From the NCBI GenBank assembly GCA_000934665.2, contig JYFJ02002486.1:1-56073 (forward strand): a stretch of DNA of 56,073 nt. Reading direction: 5' to 3'. Below are positions 12,228 to 25,966 of this stretch, in pieces. This stretch comes from Catajapyx aquilonaris. Taxonomy: Eukaryota. Within the stretch, counting starts at the first letter, position 1. Each line of letters begins with the position of its first letter. The notes beneath the pieces were generated by a model. It had not been told where the DNA came from, searched no databases, and saw only the letters and a program-made list of their open reading frames with translations. A program made the translations under genes and the position numbers.

Positions 12228-15148
12228 TGAGGTTCAGTTACTACAAACTCAATTTTAAAACGCAAACAACATTGTTCTATAAAATCGTGATGGAATGTGC
12301 TGATCACAAAATTTAATTGAACATTTTTTTATTTATTTTTTGCACGTATTGGTGTATTGGTTTCGGTTGCGAGTCTAAGCAAAAAGGATGGGGAGTTTAT
12401 AAGAGAAGGGTGGTGCAGACCGTTAAATGGCAGGTCAGAACAACGTTATAGCGTAACGCCTGCTTAAAAGCGGCTTGCATTTTCATCAAGTGTCGTCCCG
12501 CGCATATTTGAATGGGTGCCTTGGCCTCCTTCAGGGTATTTCCGGCCATTTTTTGAGCACACAATATGTACAGAGGCAATATCTCAATTATTTATATTTT
12601 TCGCTTTGATCTGTCACTGTCACGTCACAGCGTTCAATTTTATTTGCACAATGGTTACATAAACAGTGTCAACTTACTTTTTTTCAAAATTAGCTTGCCA
12701 TTCACAAGCGTGACATCAATCCTGATAGTCGAATCCTGTCTCTGTCCGTCACGCTGCCAGTGTGACGTACTTTATAGACAGCACCATAATGTATTCATTT
12801 AATTAATACTTCTGGATACATGGGGAGTCTTAATCGTCTTGAAACGGGTCACGCCACACAGTGCAACAAATGAGTAATGACCTCTAACACCCAAAAAAAA
12901 CCTGCCCGATGTGTTAGCTAATCAGTGTAATATCAATCTCGTTTTCAATTTTTCAATAATGTTTACGACTCCTTTTTGCTAATACACGCCTTGTAAATGT
13001 GCTCCTTAATTGAGCTATAAAACAAGGTAAAAAAAATCGTGCGAACTTTGAGATCAAGATATTGAATTTTTTTTTAAACTTTCATAGGGTCAGGTCTAAC
13101 AAGATGGGACATCCGGAGTAGAATGGCCCCTTTTTAATTGGGCAGGTGAGAAAGAATATAAAAAAGTGATACACGTATCCGTGGTACGGTTGGTAAATTG
13201 AACGACCCTGACCTTCCATTTTGATCTAGACTATTTTTGTCTTGTTCCACCATTTTGTTTCTTGAAGCAGCGCACCTTTTTAAATATTGCTCCCTTCATA
13301 AAAAAAAAGATGGCCCCGAGATAATAACACATTAGATCGAATTACAGCTCCCCATTGGCACGCCATAATTATAACCAAATTATTGTAATTTTTGCCCCAA
13401 AATAACATGGTAGCACTCTGCAATTTTGTAGATATCCTAGAATGCACGCAACCGAGTGTGCTCGCTATTCATTTTTCGACCAGGAAAAAGGCTCAGGGTG
13501 TTTACCTCGGCGCAGTATACAGTACTTCTTCATTCCGTACCTGACAACCTTGAACTTGTTATGCGCTTGCCGGAGAAGGAAACGGGTTACTTGAGTTCAG
13601 TAAGCTGCGAATCAATGACGTTGTTTTTAAACCGTATGGGCGACGGAAATAAACACTGACTTCCGGAAATGATGTGTTTGGTTTGTTGAAAAGCAATATT
13701 GTTGTTTTTGTTGTCAGTGCTTGTCAATACTTTGAAGTGATAATCTATGAACAGGTCTCAATCTTCCAACATCACTGGCGTTTACATAGGCAATTACGAA
13801 GGATTGCAGGTGGTTTTTGTAATTATATAACAGATCGGATGACATAATTTACTTTATATAGGTCTAATATATATGTAGGCCTATACTCTTTAATTCCTAC
13901 CATTATCAGTTCGTTAATACACTGCATCTTGTTAATTCTGATTTGCATGGACAATCTATGAATGTTTACAGTAGTGGGCCATGTGAAAAATTCAGTAATA
14001 AGTTTCAACGAACAAGTATTGACCTTATTTTGATTCCAATATTGAAAGGTACAGAGTAATGTACGGTACTGCCCAAGTTCCCACTTCAAAGGAAGAAGTT
14101 ATGAATATTATTTACCTCAACAACCAGTTTATAGGCAAGTAAATTGTTGCTTCCAACATATTTCATATTTTAATCTGATTGCTGGAGTAAACTATCCATA
14201 TAGTCTTCCTTCGAACTGAGCACATGGAGAGAATCATTACAGAATCATGTAAAGGCTCGAATATGTGATTCTTTTAAAAATACTCGTATGTCATATGCGT
14301 GTGCAATATTCGATGTCAATATTGCTATATGCGTTAGCTATCTGCTCTGCTAGTTTTGTACGAAATAGGGAGAAGGTAACACCACAATAGGTAAGTAATA
14401 GGAAGCTACTTACAGCAGTTGTAGAGTACTCAGGCTGTTGTCAGTAACAATGGGAAGGATGGTCCGAAGAAGAGGGCTTTTTATAAGCGATGGATAGGGT
14501 CCGAGGAGGAGGTGGGCCTATTTGCTTGTGGGTGGAGTTTGGGAGACCACTTATTCGCTAAGGATTAACTGGTTCCACGTCAAGAACCAGCACTTCACTG
14601 GTCGGCCTCTGATAACCTGTGACTTATTTCCTTTGCAAATATTTTTCAATTCCTCTAATGTTCTGGGCTTTATTTTTAGGCGTTTCCTGGGGAGGTCATC
14701 AAAACATGGGAAATCCCTGGAGTGAACTTGCGGAAATGGGACAAAACGTAATTCTATGATGTGGATATGAGTCACCTGTTTGCTTGGCATGCCCAAATAA
14801 ATTATAGATAATTATGATGACCTGGGTATACTAACGAACATGTTATGGAACGGTTCAGGTAGAAAATATATGACCATATCATTTTTTCTGCGATGGTAGT
14901 TAAATTATGAGCAAAGAATGTTACCTCTGCTATAGGCGTGCTTACGCCCCTTCTTTTTGCGACTAATTGTTACCGTATAATTTACAAGTACAACCACGAC
15001 AATTTCATTCAGAATTGACATGTAGGCCTACAAAACATGATGAGTGTTGAACATGTAGGTCTACTTCCACTATGGTAGTCCTTCAAGAAATGCTTAAGAA
15101 TAGGAATAAAGTGAATAGTAACACTATGCTTATAATATTGTTGCATTA

Positions 15149-15238
15149 GGGAGGCGAAGTGGAGCTGGGGTAACGTATGCGCCCACGGATGTTAAGGTCC
15201 CGGGTTCGATCCCAGCCTGGGTCTCCCCCCTTCATCCG
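15149..15238 (+). mobile_element. tRNA-derived SINE head (family 2, truncated copy)
   Basis: gggaggcgaagtggagctggggtaacg...ggttcgatccc is homologous to the heads at 16928 and at 46700 (minus strand). Confidence 0.7.
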
Positions 15239-16582
15239 GTTTGACTTGATAAAACTGCAGCACTGTGTGAAACGTTGGATTCATGCATAGGATATACGCA
15301 TTCAGATCGCAATTGAAACACTCTGCTTTATTTATACGTGCTTCAAGTATTTCCTGGTAGGAGAAACTATTTTTGCCATAAATATGAAGTATTGCACTTC
15401 TTGAATAATCTACAGGGCTAGCCATATATTTCCAGTTACGGTATAGGCCAATGAAGACTAGCAGTAGATATTTCAATACTTTATTAATAATAGATATGAT
15501 TCATTGCTGATATATTGCATTCTCGGGAGTTACGAGGTATGCTCCTCTTATCAGTAAAAGGGCGGTGCATAATTAAATGTAAATCATACCCCTACAAGCG
15601 ACACTCCTACACATCAAAAATAAGGCAATACCATTTTCATTATAACGCAACGGGGTTTATGAACTTATATATACTGTATATCCCTTCAAGTTTTTAAATT
15701 ATCACTTGAATGTAACCCAATCAATATATTCAAAAGGTCCTATTAATATAACGTATAGAAACTGTCCAATCTGAATGAGCCCTCTACTTCCGCGATGACA
15801 CTGCACTTCTTCCAAATTTTTTGCACCCTCGTGACATTTCTAATTCGCGACGGTAATTTTCCAAGTAGCAAAATTTCACACCCCGGCGCAAAACATACAG
15901 GAATGTTACATCTCACTTGATACATCGCGTGGGTATATAGAATCCGATAGAGGGTGTGACTACTCCGTAATATACCTGCTTTATAGTCCCTCTATCGAGA
16001 AGTTTCCGGGCTGAGATGCCCCAATGACCTGAGTTAATCTGACCTGTTGGGTGGAGATGCATAGTGGGGCATTCTGACGGTGTCATTTCTTTATGGACTT
16101 ACTGTACTGGGTGCAGTGGACAGATGGGTTAAGTGATGGCCAGAGAACTGGTAGGGTGACTCCTTCCTTTGGCCATATGATTGCTAGCTCCCGTGACGCC
16201 CCTTAATTTCGTTTGATTCTAATTGTTCATAGTCCCCTTGGGGACGCCAGGTAGTCGGGATATCATGTCTGACTCGTCATCGAGTTAGTTGTCAGAAGCG
16301 TTGCAGCATGAGTCTTGCAAGTACACGGATGGTTGCTTCCGTGGGGAGGCCTGTAAGGAGCCAGAACATTTTTTTTTCTTACTTTCATTTGCATGTCAGA
16401 TTTGTGGACGTGTCCAGACCGATTAGTCATCTTTTGTTTATTCGTATGGCCCTGGAGTCATTTGACAATAATTTGTTAAGAAATTACCTGAAATCTAAAA
16501 ATAGTGACACATGTTTTGCATATTTAAAATTTAGGTCAATTTGTCATTCTGGATTTTTAGAGCGTTAGTAAACTGTACTAAT

Positions 16583-16716
16583 GGGGCTCAAATTGTTTTG
16601 GCCACTTTATCCTGGTCTTGAAGCAACCCTTCACACAGACACACTTGCTCACCGTGGGGCCTGTGCGAAGGGTTGCTTCAAGACCAGGATAAAGTGGCCA
16701 AAAGAATTTGAGCCCC
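16583..16716. mobile_element. Palindromic MITE with GGG termini and AT flanks
   Basis: Near-perfect inverted arms of about 55 bp, ggggctcaaattgttttggccactttatcctggtcttgaagcaaccctt / reverse complement, flanked by at on both sides. Confidence 0.75.
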
Positions 16717-16927
16717 ATAGCTAATGATATCGATGCTACGTGAATAAGGTCTGCTATTAATTTTGAGCAAATTCTATTGGAAGAATGAACATAGAGGTGT
16801 TATCCAGTCTGCATGTGTAAAATCCAAAAAGGGGCTGACACTGTAAAGATATAAGTAAATTTGTCTGTTCAGTAGTAACTGACTAATTTCCTGCAGTAAT
16901 GGACTTTCCAAATATTTTTTAACTCTA

Positions 16928-17275
16928 GGGGAGATGAAGTGGCGCCGCGGTAACGCGTGCGCCCGCGGATATGAAGGTCCCGGGTTCAATCCCCACCCTG
17001 GGTTCCCACCTTTATCCGTGCAGAGTTGGGCCATCTCTGGCTTCATTTCGGGTGGCAATTTCCGACAGACTAAGCCACCCGGGGGAGTTCACAAAATGAC
17101 GATTAGAGACATTGCACATGCACTTTGCACATCCCCTCCCACCCACCCTTGGAGTACACTAATAAGATTCTATCTTAACTCGCTCCAACTAAAAAAAAAA
17201 CCCCAATGGTGGTAATCCACCCCCCCCTAAGGAGTACGTAACTCCCCCCGTGGGGTAATGCAAAAAAAAAAAGAA
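16928..17275 (+). mobile_element. tRNA-derived SINE (family 2)
   Basis: A tRNA-like head with B box ggttcaatcc, a body homologous to 46380-46700 (minus strand), and an A-rich tail. Confidence 0.75.
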
Positions 17276-20200
17276 ATTTACTCCATCATCGGCCTGGGTC
17301 CACTCGCAGGAAGGATCATTAGGCCTACTGCAAGTTTTGACATTTACCTAGTCCGTAACCTACCGAAAATGGGGCCAAAGGACGCAGAAAAACACGTCAA
17401 AGCAAAGTTATGTAAAATCAGGAGACGATGCATCTAAAATCAATCACAAGCACGGGCCGAGTCGAGCCCGACTTTGTCCACCTCCAAAATTAGCTGGTGC
17501 ACATTCTTAAACTTCTCAAAATACGGGACGAAAGGAGCTGTTTTGTGGCTTTTGTGAGACGGAATGAACCCATTAAATGACAAAAATGCAATTTAAATTG
17601 TAAATTGAATTGGAAGAGGGCACAAAATATAGGCTATATTTTTTGTGCTTTCATTATTGTGACGAGGCAATGGGTGAGAGAAAACGGAATGAAAGGTTTC
17701 TTCAGCATTTTGGTCGGTGCCTTTTCCCCCAATGAACAAGTGAAATTGAAAGTACGCTTCAGTTTATGAACGTTTATATACCCCCCTCCCCCTCCCAATA
17801 AGCTACAAAGAAAAATACACTATTTAAAATCCAACCCTCGTATAATTGTTTAGCAGGGTCTCTGCAAGATATCCTCAGCCGATACAAAAACAGCGGGCGT
17901 GAAATCCCATAGTAACTACGTATTTTCCCAAAACTAGACGCAAAATATTATTCGCATCAACTATAGTATATGGTGTCTTACTATAGTCTCGAAAGTCACG
18001 AGATCAGACTGCCCATCCCAGGCAATTAGCATTCTTTTTATTTTTAGCTAAGAAACACCCACGAGGAGCTACTGACACATCGTGCATGATAATTTTCTAA
18101 ATCATGCCCAGAAAGAGCTTAAGTTCCACATACCACAGATATTTCAGAAGAGTCGTAAAGTCTCAATTACGCAGTGACATAGGTTTACACTAGCAGGCCT
18201 AACTAATCTACGCTAGCTATTAGCTTATCTTTAATGTTTCACCTTGAACTCCATAATTCTTGTGCTATTAGTGAGAAATGTCTTACTATTATAATGCATT
18301 CTTGCTGGCGGTAACGAAATTCCTATGGTGCGTGCTGTAGTCGAAAGCAAAAACTCGGCCATCACCTTGTCTCTAGCTTATAAGCTAAGTGGCCAATAAA
18401 CCCTGCGGACATTTCGGGTCCTCTTGTTTTGCTACTTTTGTTATAGGTCTAATATTAAAGATGCAATACAGGTACTATAAGTTGTTATTAGACATTTCTT
18501 TTAAAAACCATGATGATAGCTTCTAGAACTCTACCGATTCAAATGAGAAAAAAAATAATGCCCTTATGGAAGTAATAATTGCAATGTACCAGCACCTTGG
18601 AACATGCAAAACGTGGCGTACGCCTGTCATCCTGCAGCAACGCCAATTTTCCCTTCCCGTTACATGAAAATATGCAAATGCAACATTGCCATAGCGATGT
18701 ATGACGCAGTCAAGATTTTTTTTCGGCTTCTTAATACTCTTCTGGACAGCATTGCCCGTAAGCCAATAATGCAAATGATTCCATAACAAGCTAAGTCTGT
18801 CAGACAAGGAGATGAGTTAGTTTTACGCAATTAAAAACTCTGAAAAGCGTTTCATTAAGAAAAAACTTATCCCGCAATTAGTATGTAAAGAAGGCACGAT
18901 GCGGGTTTTCCGTTATGGAAAACCGCGTCATCGAGTAAAGGTCATTATCCTTATAAATCAGGTTTGACAAATCAGTTTGTGGGTATGACGCCTCAGTAAG
19001 TTTATAAGCAGTGCTCAAAAAAAAGTTTAAAAAAAGATACTTTTAAAAACGTATTTTATGTACTGACCAATTTAGGCAAAGTGTTTATTATGCCACTTGC
19101 GTAGGCTACATTTACACCTGCTGCTGTTGTGGTTAGAATGGCTCAGTTCCTCGAAATGGATGGCATCTATCTTTGGCATTTCCTCTGAGTCTTATTCGAG
19201 GGTTCAGAGTCATCATCAGTGCTTGGATCAATGACCTGCCAATATTTTTTTCCCCCAAGTGTCAATAAAGTAAAACAACGATCTTCAGGTTTTTTTGGAC
19301 AATTTTTGGCATCGCCTGACCTGATTAAAATCTGCTCCAAGGTTTTTAATCTCCTAAAGTTTTGCTCCATAAAATGAGGTAAAAACACAAATAGTTGCGA
19401 TAACATAGTTTCACGTTTCTATAAATACCTTAATAATACGGTAATAGACCCTAATAATAAGTATTATTTCTTAATGCTTTCCGAGTCACGTATTTTTTGT
19501 ATGATGGTTTGTGCGTGCATGGTTTATTCCGATTTCACACATCGAGTTGATTGGAAACTGATGTTAAACGCTACCGGTAGCTTACGGTAGTCGGCATACA
19601 ACGTGAAATTATCAACTACAAACCAATAATTTGTTGGGGGATAATTATTGCTCTCCACTACCTGTGCAGCAAATCCACACTTTGGCCGTTGTATGAACGA
19701 GGTATAAGGTAAAGTAACCCTCATTCAGTTAATTTTGAAAATGAAGTGCTGCAGTTTTCTTCTTAATTATCGGGCTGCAATCTAAATTCTGATGTCTAAA
19801 TCTCTAAATTACTTCTGTCTATTGTACAGACCAGCAATGTCCCATCGTTATGTAAGCGTAACATTGATACTGGATACAACCGAAACATCCAGCACAAAAT
19901 TGAAATAAAGATGCAAGCTGACTGCTAAACAACCAGATACCATTCCCTTGCAGTCGAGATTTTATTGCAGTTTTACGAGCCCGGTACCACTCATTACTTA
20001 CTCGAAATGTTGTCCAATTTGCCACATGGTAATTGACCTCGCACTCTATTAATTTACGTCGCAATTTTTTGAAACGCATCTGTCTGGTGTCAAGAATAAG
20101 CAAAAAAAAGTCACTCCTATAGACTGAATCTGTGATGAAGGGTCAACGGACGCAGTCCATACAAGGATTTGTACTTGAACAAGTAGGTCCGTGCATAAAT

Positions 20201-21469
20201 TCTGCAGTTCACGATGTACTTCAAGTTCACCTACCTACACTGAATGAAACTGGTACCTCATACGTATTGCGTTCACCAGGATCAGATAAATTGACACACG
20301 TAACGATGGCTGCTCCCAAATTGAAGTTTGGTGTGACTTAGTGCGCCAGAAACCGTGTCATGTGGAATACTAAGATGCAAGTAAAGACAGCGATAATTTA
20401 AGTGACTTGATCAGGTGCAGAAAAGCCGGTTGAAGGTATAGTTAGTTGGATGCACGCAAAAAAGTAAATTGCTGAGTTACTATTATTAGATACAAATGAC
20501 ACTCCCAATTTGGAGAGACCCCAAGCTTGCAACTCTTGGTCAGGAATTTGAATGATGACTTTCTGAATCGCTGTCTTTTGAAATATAGTGCAGTGTACTA
20601 ATGCGACAACACTTATTCTCCTCGCCATAAAAAGTAGAGAAAAAATACTGCATGGTAATTTATTTTGCAAACTTCTTCAACATTTCACACGCGGTTTTGG
20701 AGGAATTACGCGTATGTCGGCCTGAAGGAAGTCCACGAGTGATGTCATGCAGCGGTTTTTCAGAATGAAATCATCATCTTTATTATCTTGCTGTTACATC
20801 TTTGATACAATTACATTTTTAAATGATACACTGGCATTGAATAGTTTTTGGTGCTATGGCCAATTCATGTTATTGTTTAATCCGAGCAACCATTTAAAAA
20901 ATACTGCCAAGTCGTATTTTCGTCCCTGAAACAGAGTTGTAAGGCGCAGATGTTTTTCCATCCAAGAAACTTTGGTCATTGCATTCAAGAGTTCAGTATA
21001 AACGTATTAAAAGATTAAACATAATTTAATCCCAAAAATATTAAGTTATTCATCATATTTTCAGAAAAATAAATACTGTAGGTAACCTTGTGGCCCTGAC
21101 ATAATTATATACGTAAAGTTTAAAAAAAAAATCTGAAAATCGAGGTTGTCAAAATCTTACATTACCACAATGCACAACAGGAAGTGAATGGTATGACTGG
21201 AATTCCCATAATGATGCAAGCGAATGCACTGGTTAGTTATTAGATGCCTAATCAACCACTTCCTCTTTATGATACAACATCAGGCCGAATTTGTTGTCGT
21301 TCAGAAATCAGAGCTTCAACACCCAATAACAGTTTCAACTTTTGTTAAATAATAAAATATCCACCTGAACTTGATGTATTGCGGCAGTTCTCTTCCGACT
21401 TAATGTTACATACGTAATATAAATATTATTGGATTCCATAAGTAAGTAGCCTACATATTATAACTTAGC

Positions 21470-21767
21470 AACCGAAGCAGGTTGGCATAGTGGATAAGGC
21501 GTCCGACTGCTAATCGGGAGGTCCTGGGTTCGAATCCCGGGGCCGGCAACTCTGACCGTGGTTTTCTGTGGTTTTCCACGGTCCTTCCAGGAAAATTTCG
21601 GAGTTGTTTCCGTAATTAACAGGCCACAGCCGCTTCCTTCTGTCCCTATCCCATCCCAAAAAGTGCAGTAAAATGAAAGCAAAGAGTTCCAGGCAAAAGA
21701 AAAACTTCCCCCCTAAAGAGCCGAAAAAGGCTGATAACGGGGTATGAATTATTATTATTATTATTAT
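21470..21767 (+). mobile_element. tRNA-derived SINE (family 1), full length
   Basis: A box tggcatagtgg, B box ggttcgaatcc, an (att)n tail, and a 16-bp TSD catattataacttagc at 21454-21469 and 21768-21783. Confidence 0.9.
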
Positions 21768-22110
21768 CATATTATAACTTAGCCAAAAAATAACAGCATT
21801 GTTTCTGTAATATAAGAATTTTTCTATCGAACCGTGGCATCAGATTTTGTCTTGGATTTTGTAAGCCTGTGTCGACAGCTGTCGTTGCCAACCATTTTCT
21901 TTCGCCTCTTCGTTACTCCATATATTATCAGCTGAAAAATACTTTCTCGAGGTGGCAAAGTTAGTGTAAGGTGTACTCGTGTAGGCTAATGGTGTATTAT
22001 GCCACGCAGAAGGCAAAGCAATATGGAGACTTACCCCTTAACAGACAGTTCATTCGGTTATGCTTGAATTTAAACGAACCCGGTTTTATAATTATACAGA
22101 CCATCTAAAG

Positions 22111-22364
22111 CAGTGCTTCCCAAATTGTGGGTCGCGATCCCATTTGGGGGTCGCGAAAATAATATTTGTGGTCGTGAGGGAGGGTAACAAATTATTTTCA
22201 CAAAATGATGCTATCTTTCTTGAAAATCATGACCATAAGGTAAGGTTATTTCACTGTTTACCTGTCTTTTCATGTTGGCGGATCGAAATGTGCACATATA
22301 GGGGGTCGCAAATTTTACAAGACGATTTTTTGGGGTCGCCAACGAAAGAAATTGGGAAGCACTT
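22111..22364. mobile_element. hAT (Charlie-like) MITE
   Basis: TIR cagtgcttcccaa / ttgggaagcact, an 8-bp TSD atctaaag (22103-22110, 22365-22372), and ggggtcgc subterminal motifs. Confidence 0.85.
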
Positions 22365-25300
22365 ATCTAAAGACTCCAAGGCTCTGCATTGCAAAGATCC
22401 GACTGGATCATCAAATGCCAAACAAGGTTTGCCAAGTGACCAGTAATTTCAATGTGTACTTTAGATATAGCTAGGTCTATTGGAATGCCCTACAACAGGC
22501 TCTGCCCGGCTGTTGATTGAAAACCCATTCCAAATACTTGTCACTTGTCAGCTATTACCCTTTTACAATGTGTTGGGCACCTGTTCAAAGATTACAGTCG
22601 TTACATACTCTGTCACATTCACTCATTCAATTCAGTTTTGAAAAAATGCTGTTGAAGAGTGGACACAGAAGACTCATGGTTCTGACCTGTGCACACTGCA
22701 ATTTATAGAGGTACAAGTGGCTGTGAGACATGAATAACTAGGACCACCATGCGAGTATTTGCAATATTTGCCGTGAATCACGCTCGATAGGAACGTTTGG
22801 AATTTTTGTCGGATATAGAATTCCCCCCGTGCCATTTGCATGACGTGCTACTGAAAAACCGCTCCAACCTGATTTCTTATTTTTTTTTTTGCACTAAACA
22901 AAGTAATTATATGACTTCGGGTTTCTAACCCCTCTTCCATCCCCTGCTGGTCTAATCACCCTCTGGCTTCCAAGAAGTCACACCTTCATTCAGCGTGACA
23001 TGAATTTTATCACCATATTCCAGGACTTACCAGTTTCGCTAAATAGGCCTAGCGTAATATACCAGCTCTACTTGGTAATACTCCTGTAATGTATTACCGT
23101 ACCTGTTGGGTGAACAATTGCGAACAATTGTGTGCAAGCTAATTCTACAAATATAGTTGACGATACAAGCTAATGAAGTGAAGGAAAGACCATATAAGTT
23201 GGCTGCATTCTTGAAGCGGTCATGGTAATGAGTCGTGGGATCGGCACAGTGGTGGAGGAGTTAGGTGTCCCAGAAGACCTAGTCAGGGTGGACCTTGAGT
23301 AGCCAGAGGGCACCTTACCTTCTGGATGACCAGCGCTATAGCTGCCTGAACGTGCCACAAACATGCGGGATCAGTAGATAGTAACGGTGGTGTGACCCAA
23401 GGATCTTATACACATTTCAACGAGGAAAAAGTCACAACCTTGTGAAACGGGGAAAATGTGCTGGAAATCTGTCGCTCTGGCGGTTTTTGCTTAAGAGTAA
23501 TTTGTCCAGTTTTTGAATACTGCTCTAGGTCAGTCGAAGGAAATTAAATGACCCAATGGAACAAGGGCCGAAGTCCATCACGGTAGAATAATAGTAGGGG
23601 AGCGGAACAAAATATCTTCATGCAAGACTCTCTTACAGTATAGATATAAACCTGAAATGGAAATGCCAACAATGCGGGATATTTATGAATATAAGTACCA
23701 GTATATGATGCTGATTCCATGAACAGGCGTTTACATGCTACTAAGACTTCGGCCTTGTTCTATATATTGGTAATTCAATGAGGACTTAGCACTGTTTCCA
23801 TGAGCATTTCTATTATGGCCCAGTGCCAGAGATATGTGTTGTGACTGATTACTCGGAGAGTAGGCTATATAAACCTATCACAAAATATGAAATCAGGGAA
23901 GGAAACGTTTACTTCGTGTTTATAAGCAAACTGCTGCGTGTTGCACTGTGCACTCTCAATGTCATAACCGGTTGGAGGCCATCCACAACGCATTTTTACA
24001 AGGATCAGTTGCCCCATCAGCATTTTATCTGCAATTATAGGGAGCGTCTATAAAAGCGTTGGTGAATATAAAAATGCTGGGCACGTTGCCAAACCGAACT
24101 AATAATAATATTAAAATGCTTACGGACTATGGTTATGCCCTCTGATTGGTACGTCCCCTATTGTTGTTACCGCCACGTTCCGATTGGCCCGAGTTCATGG
24201 ACGTATTGTTACCATGACGCCTCCTGACAGCGCCATATGAGCATTCGTCTGGCTATCTGCCCATTGCAAAGATGGCTCATTCCATTTCGCCTCCGAGTAC
24301 AACGGAGGTGACAAGCAAAGAACATCATGGACCCCATCAATATTGAGTATTGCAACCAACTTATAGGCTACCCTCACTTTGAAATCCAAGCCTCGAGGAC
24401 ACAGATTTGAGTCATTTACAGCTGTTCCTAGAAATTATGAGGCGATGACCCTAAAAAATTGCTTGTGACATGTCTTAACAATATGATTTTTTTAAAAAAA
24501 AGTGGTACACTGAATTGGATGGAAAGTATACTTTGAAAAAGGTCATGGGCCCATTGATCCAGACCAATAGATAGTTCAGGGGGAAAATCAGTTCCATCAG
24601 TCTTTTTTAAATCCCCCCTCGTATAATATATGAATTCCACCACTTTTCGGCACCAAAATGTCATTACTCGATAAATTATCGGGGGTTTAAAATTCACTCT
24701 GAAATTGGCGGGGAAAAGGGGGCGTGGTTCAAAAAGCGCATTCACACTCCTGCTTAACAACAGTGACGTCAGCAGACCGTTGCCTGGCAGTCGTTCTATT
24801 CGGCTTTACTGGCGGTCGTTCGATTCCGTTGTTAGGCAACAAACAAAATAATAAAGCAGCCCAGGTGCATTCCTGCCTCTGCACCGATCTGTTTAGCAAC
24901 GGTGAAGTATAATTATTATGTTATTAGATCGATCATAGCACGAAAACTAATATGTATTTCTTCAAACAAAAACCACCAAAATTCATGTTTACATGAGTTT
25001 GCAAAATGTAGACTTAAGCAAAAAAAAAAACATTGGGGTTTTTTAAAATTCAAAAGGTATGGGTATGTTGAGGTGGGCAAATATACAGTAGGCCTATATT
25101 TCCCAGCCAATGCAAAGGTGGGATTGCAGATTGATCGCAGGGTATATGGAATCACGGATATGTGAATGCACGCAGGAACGCGGGTAGCCCGGTAGGGGTG
25201 GGGGTATACACATATTTGGAGGATGGGCATCATAACTGACTATAAGTCCCAAGCGATTAAAAATATGCTGGACACTGTAGGCCGCAGGCCTAGAAAAATG

Positions 25301-25966
25301 CGAGCGTAGCGAGGGGTTTCCCGTTTTCTAGTTCAGTTTTATAAATTCAACCCCTATAGAGACGTATCAGCAAGGGAACTACAATGATCTTATGGTATAT
25401 GGACTCTCCATAATTGATTTTTATATGAATCGGCTGTGTTGGCCAGCACAAAATAAATGTGGCCTATACCTGTGCCTGGTCAAGACGGAGATTCCCCTTA
25501 AATTACGGGAATGATAATATTGAAGTCAAAAGTTCTAGGGTTCATGCGTGCCTCGAAACTGGTTATCCAATTGGTTACGCAAGAGCTGCGTGCTCTAACT
25601 ATTGCAGACATGCCTAAATTCGCCGAATTATTCCAAAAAGTACCGGTACTTTCAGATCACGGCAAACCTCAGCCGCTTTTGGTGCCACATATTTTCACAT
25701 GAGAAATAAACATCGCTTCATAGTGCAAGGGTCTGTGATAATACAGGTCGAATAAATATTGGTAACAAGTACAGGTCAAACCATGAACACGTAACTATCA
25801 ACTTGAACTAGCGCCATATGTGATAATGCAGCCTTGCAGATAATGCATTATGATAACCGTGATGATAACTATGCATAAGGTGCTAAGTTCCAGTCTTCCA
25901 ACCAATAGAATGTCCCGCTAATGTGATATGAAGTTCAGACCGAAGTCGAGTAGAGGCGCTGCGGCC

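Noticed and set aside
21471..21548. tRNA-like sequences here and at 12155-12227, 15149-15230, 16928-17010, 33291-33370 and 46620-46700
   Set aside because: They have A and B boxes, but the stems are imperfect and most continue into shared repeat bodies, several with tails or TSDs. They are SINE heads, not tRNA genes.
24420..25335. Possible Helentron/Helitron-like element ending gcgagcgtagcgag...ctagtt
   Set aside because: The end motif is suggestive, but I could not define the other boundary or find a second copy.
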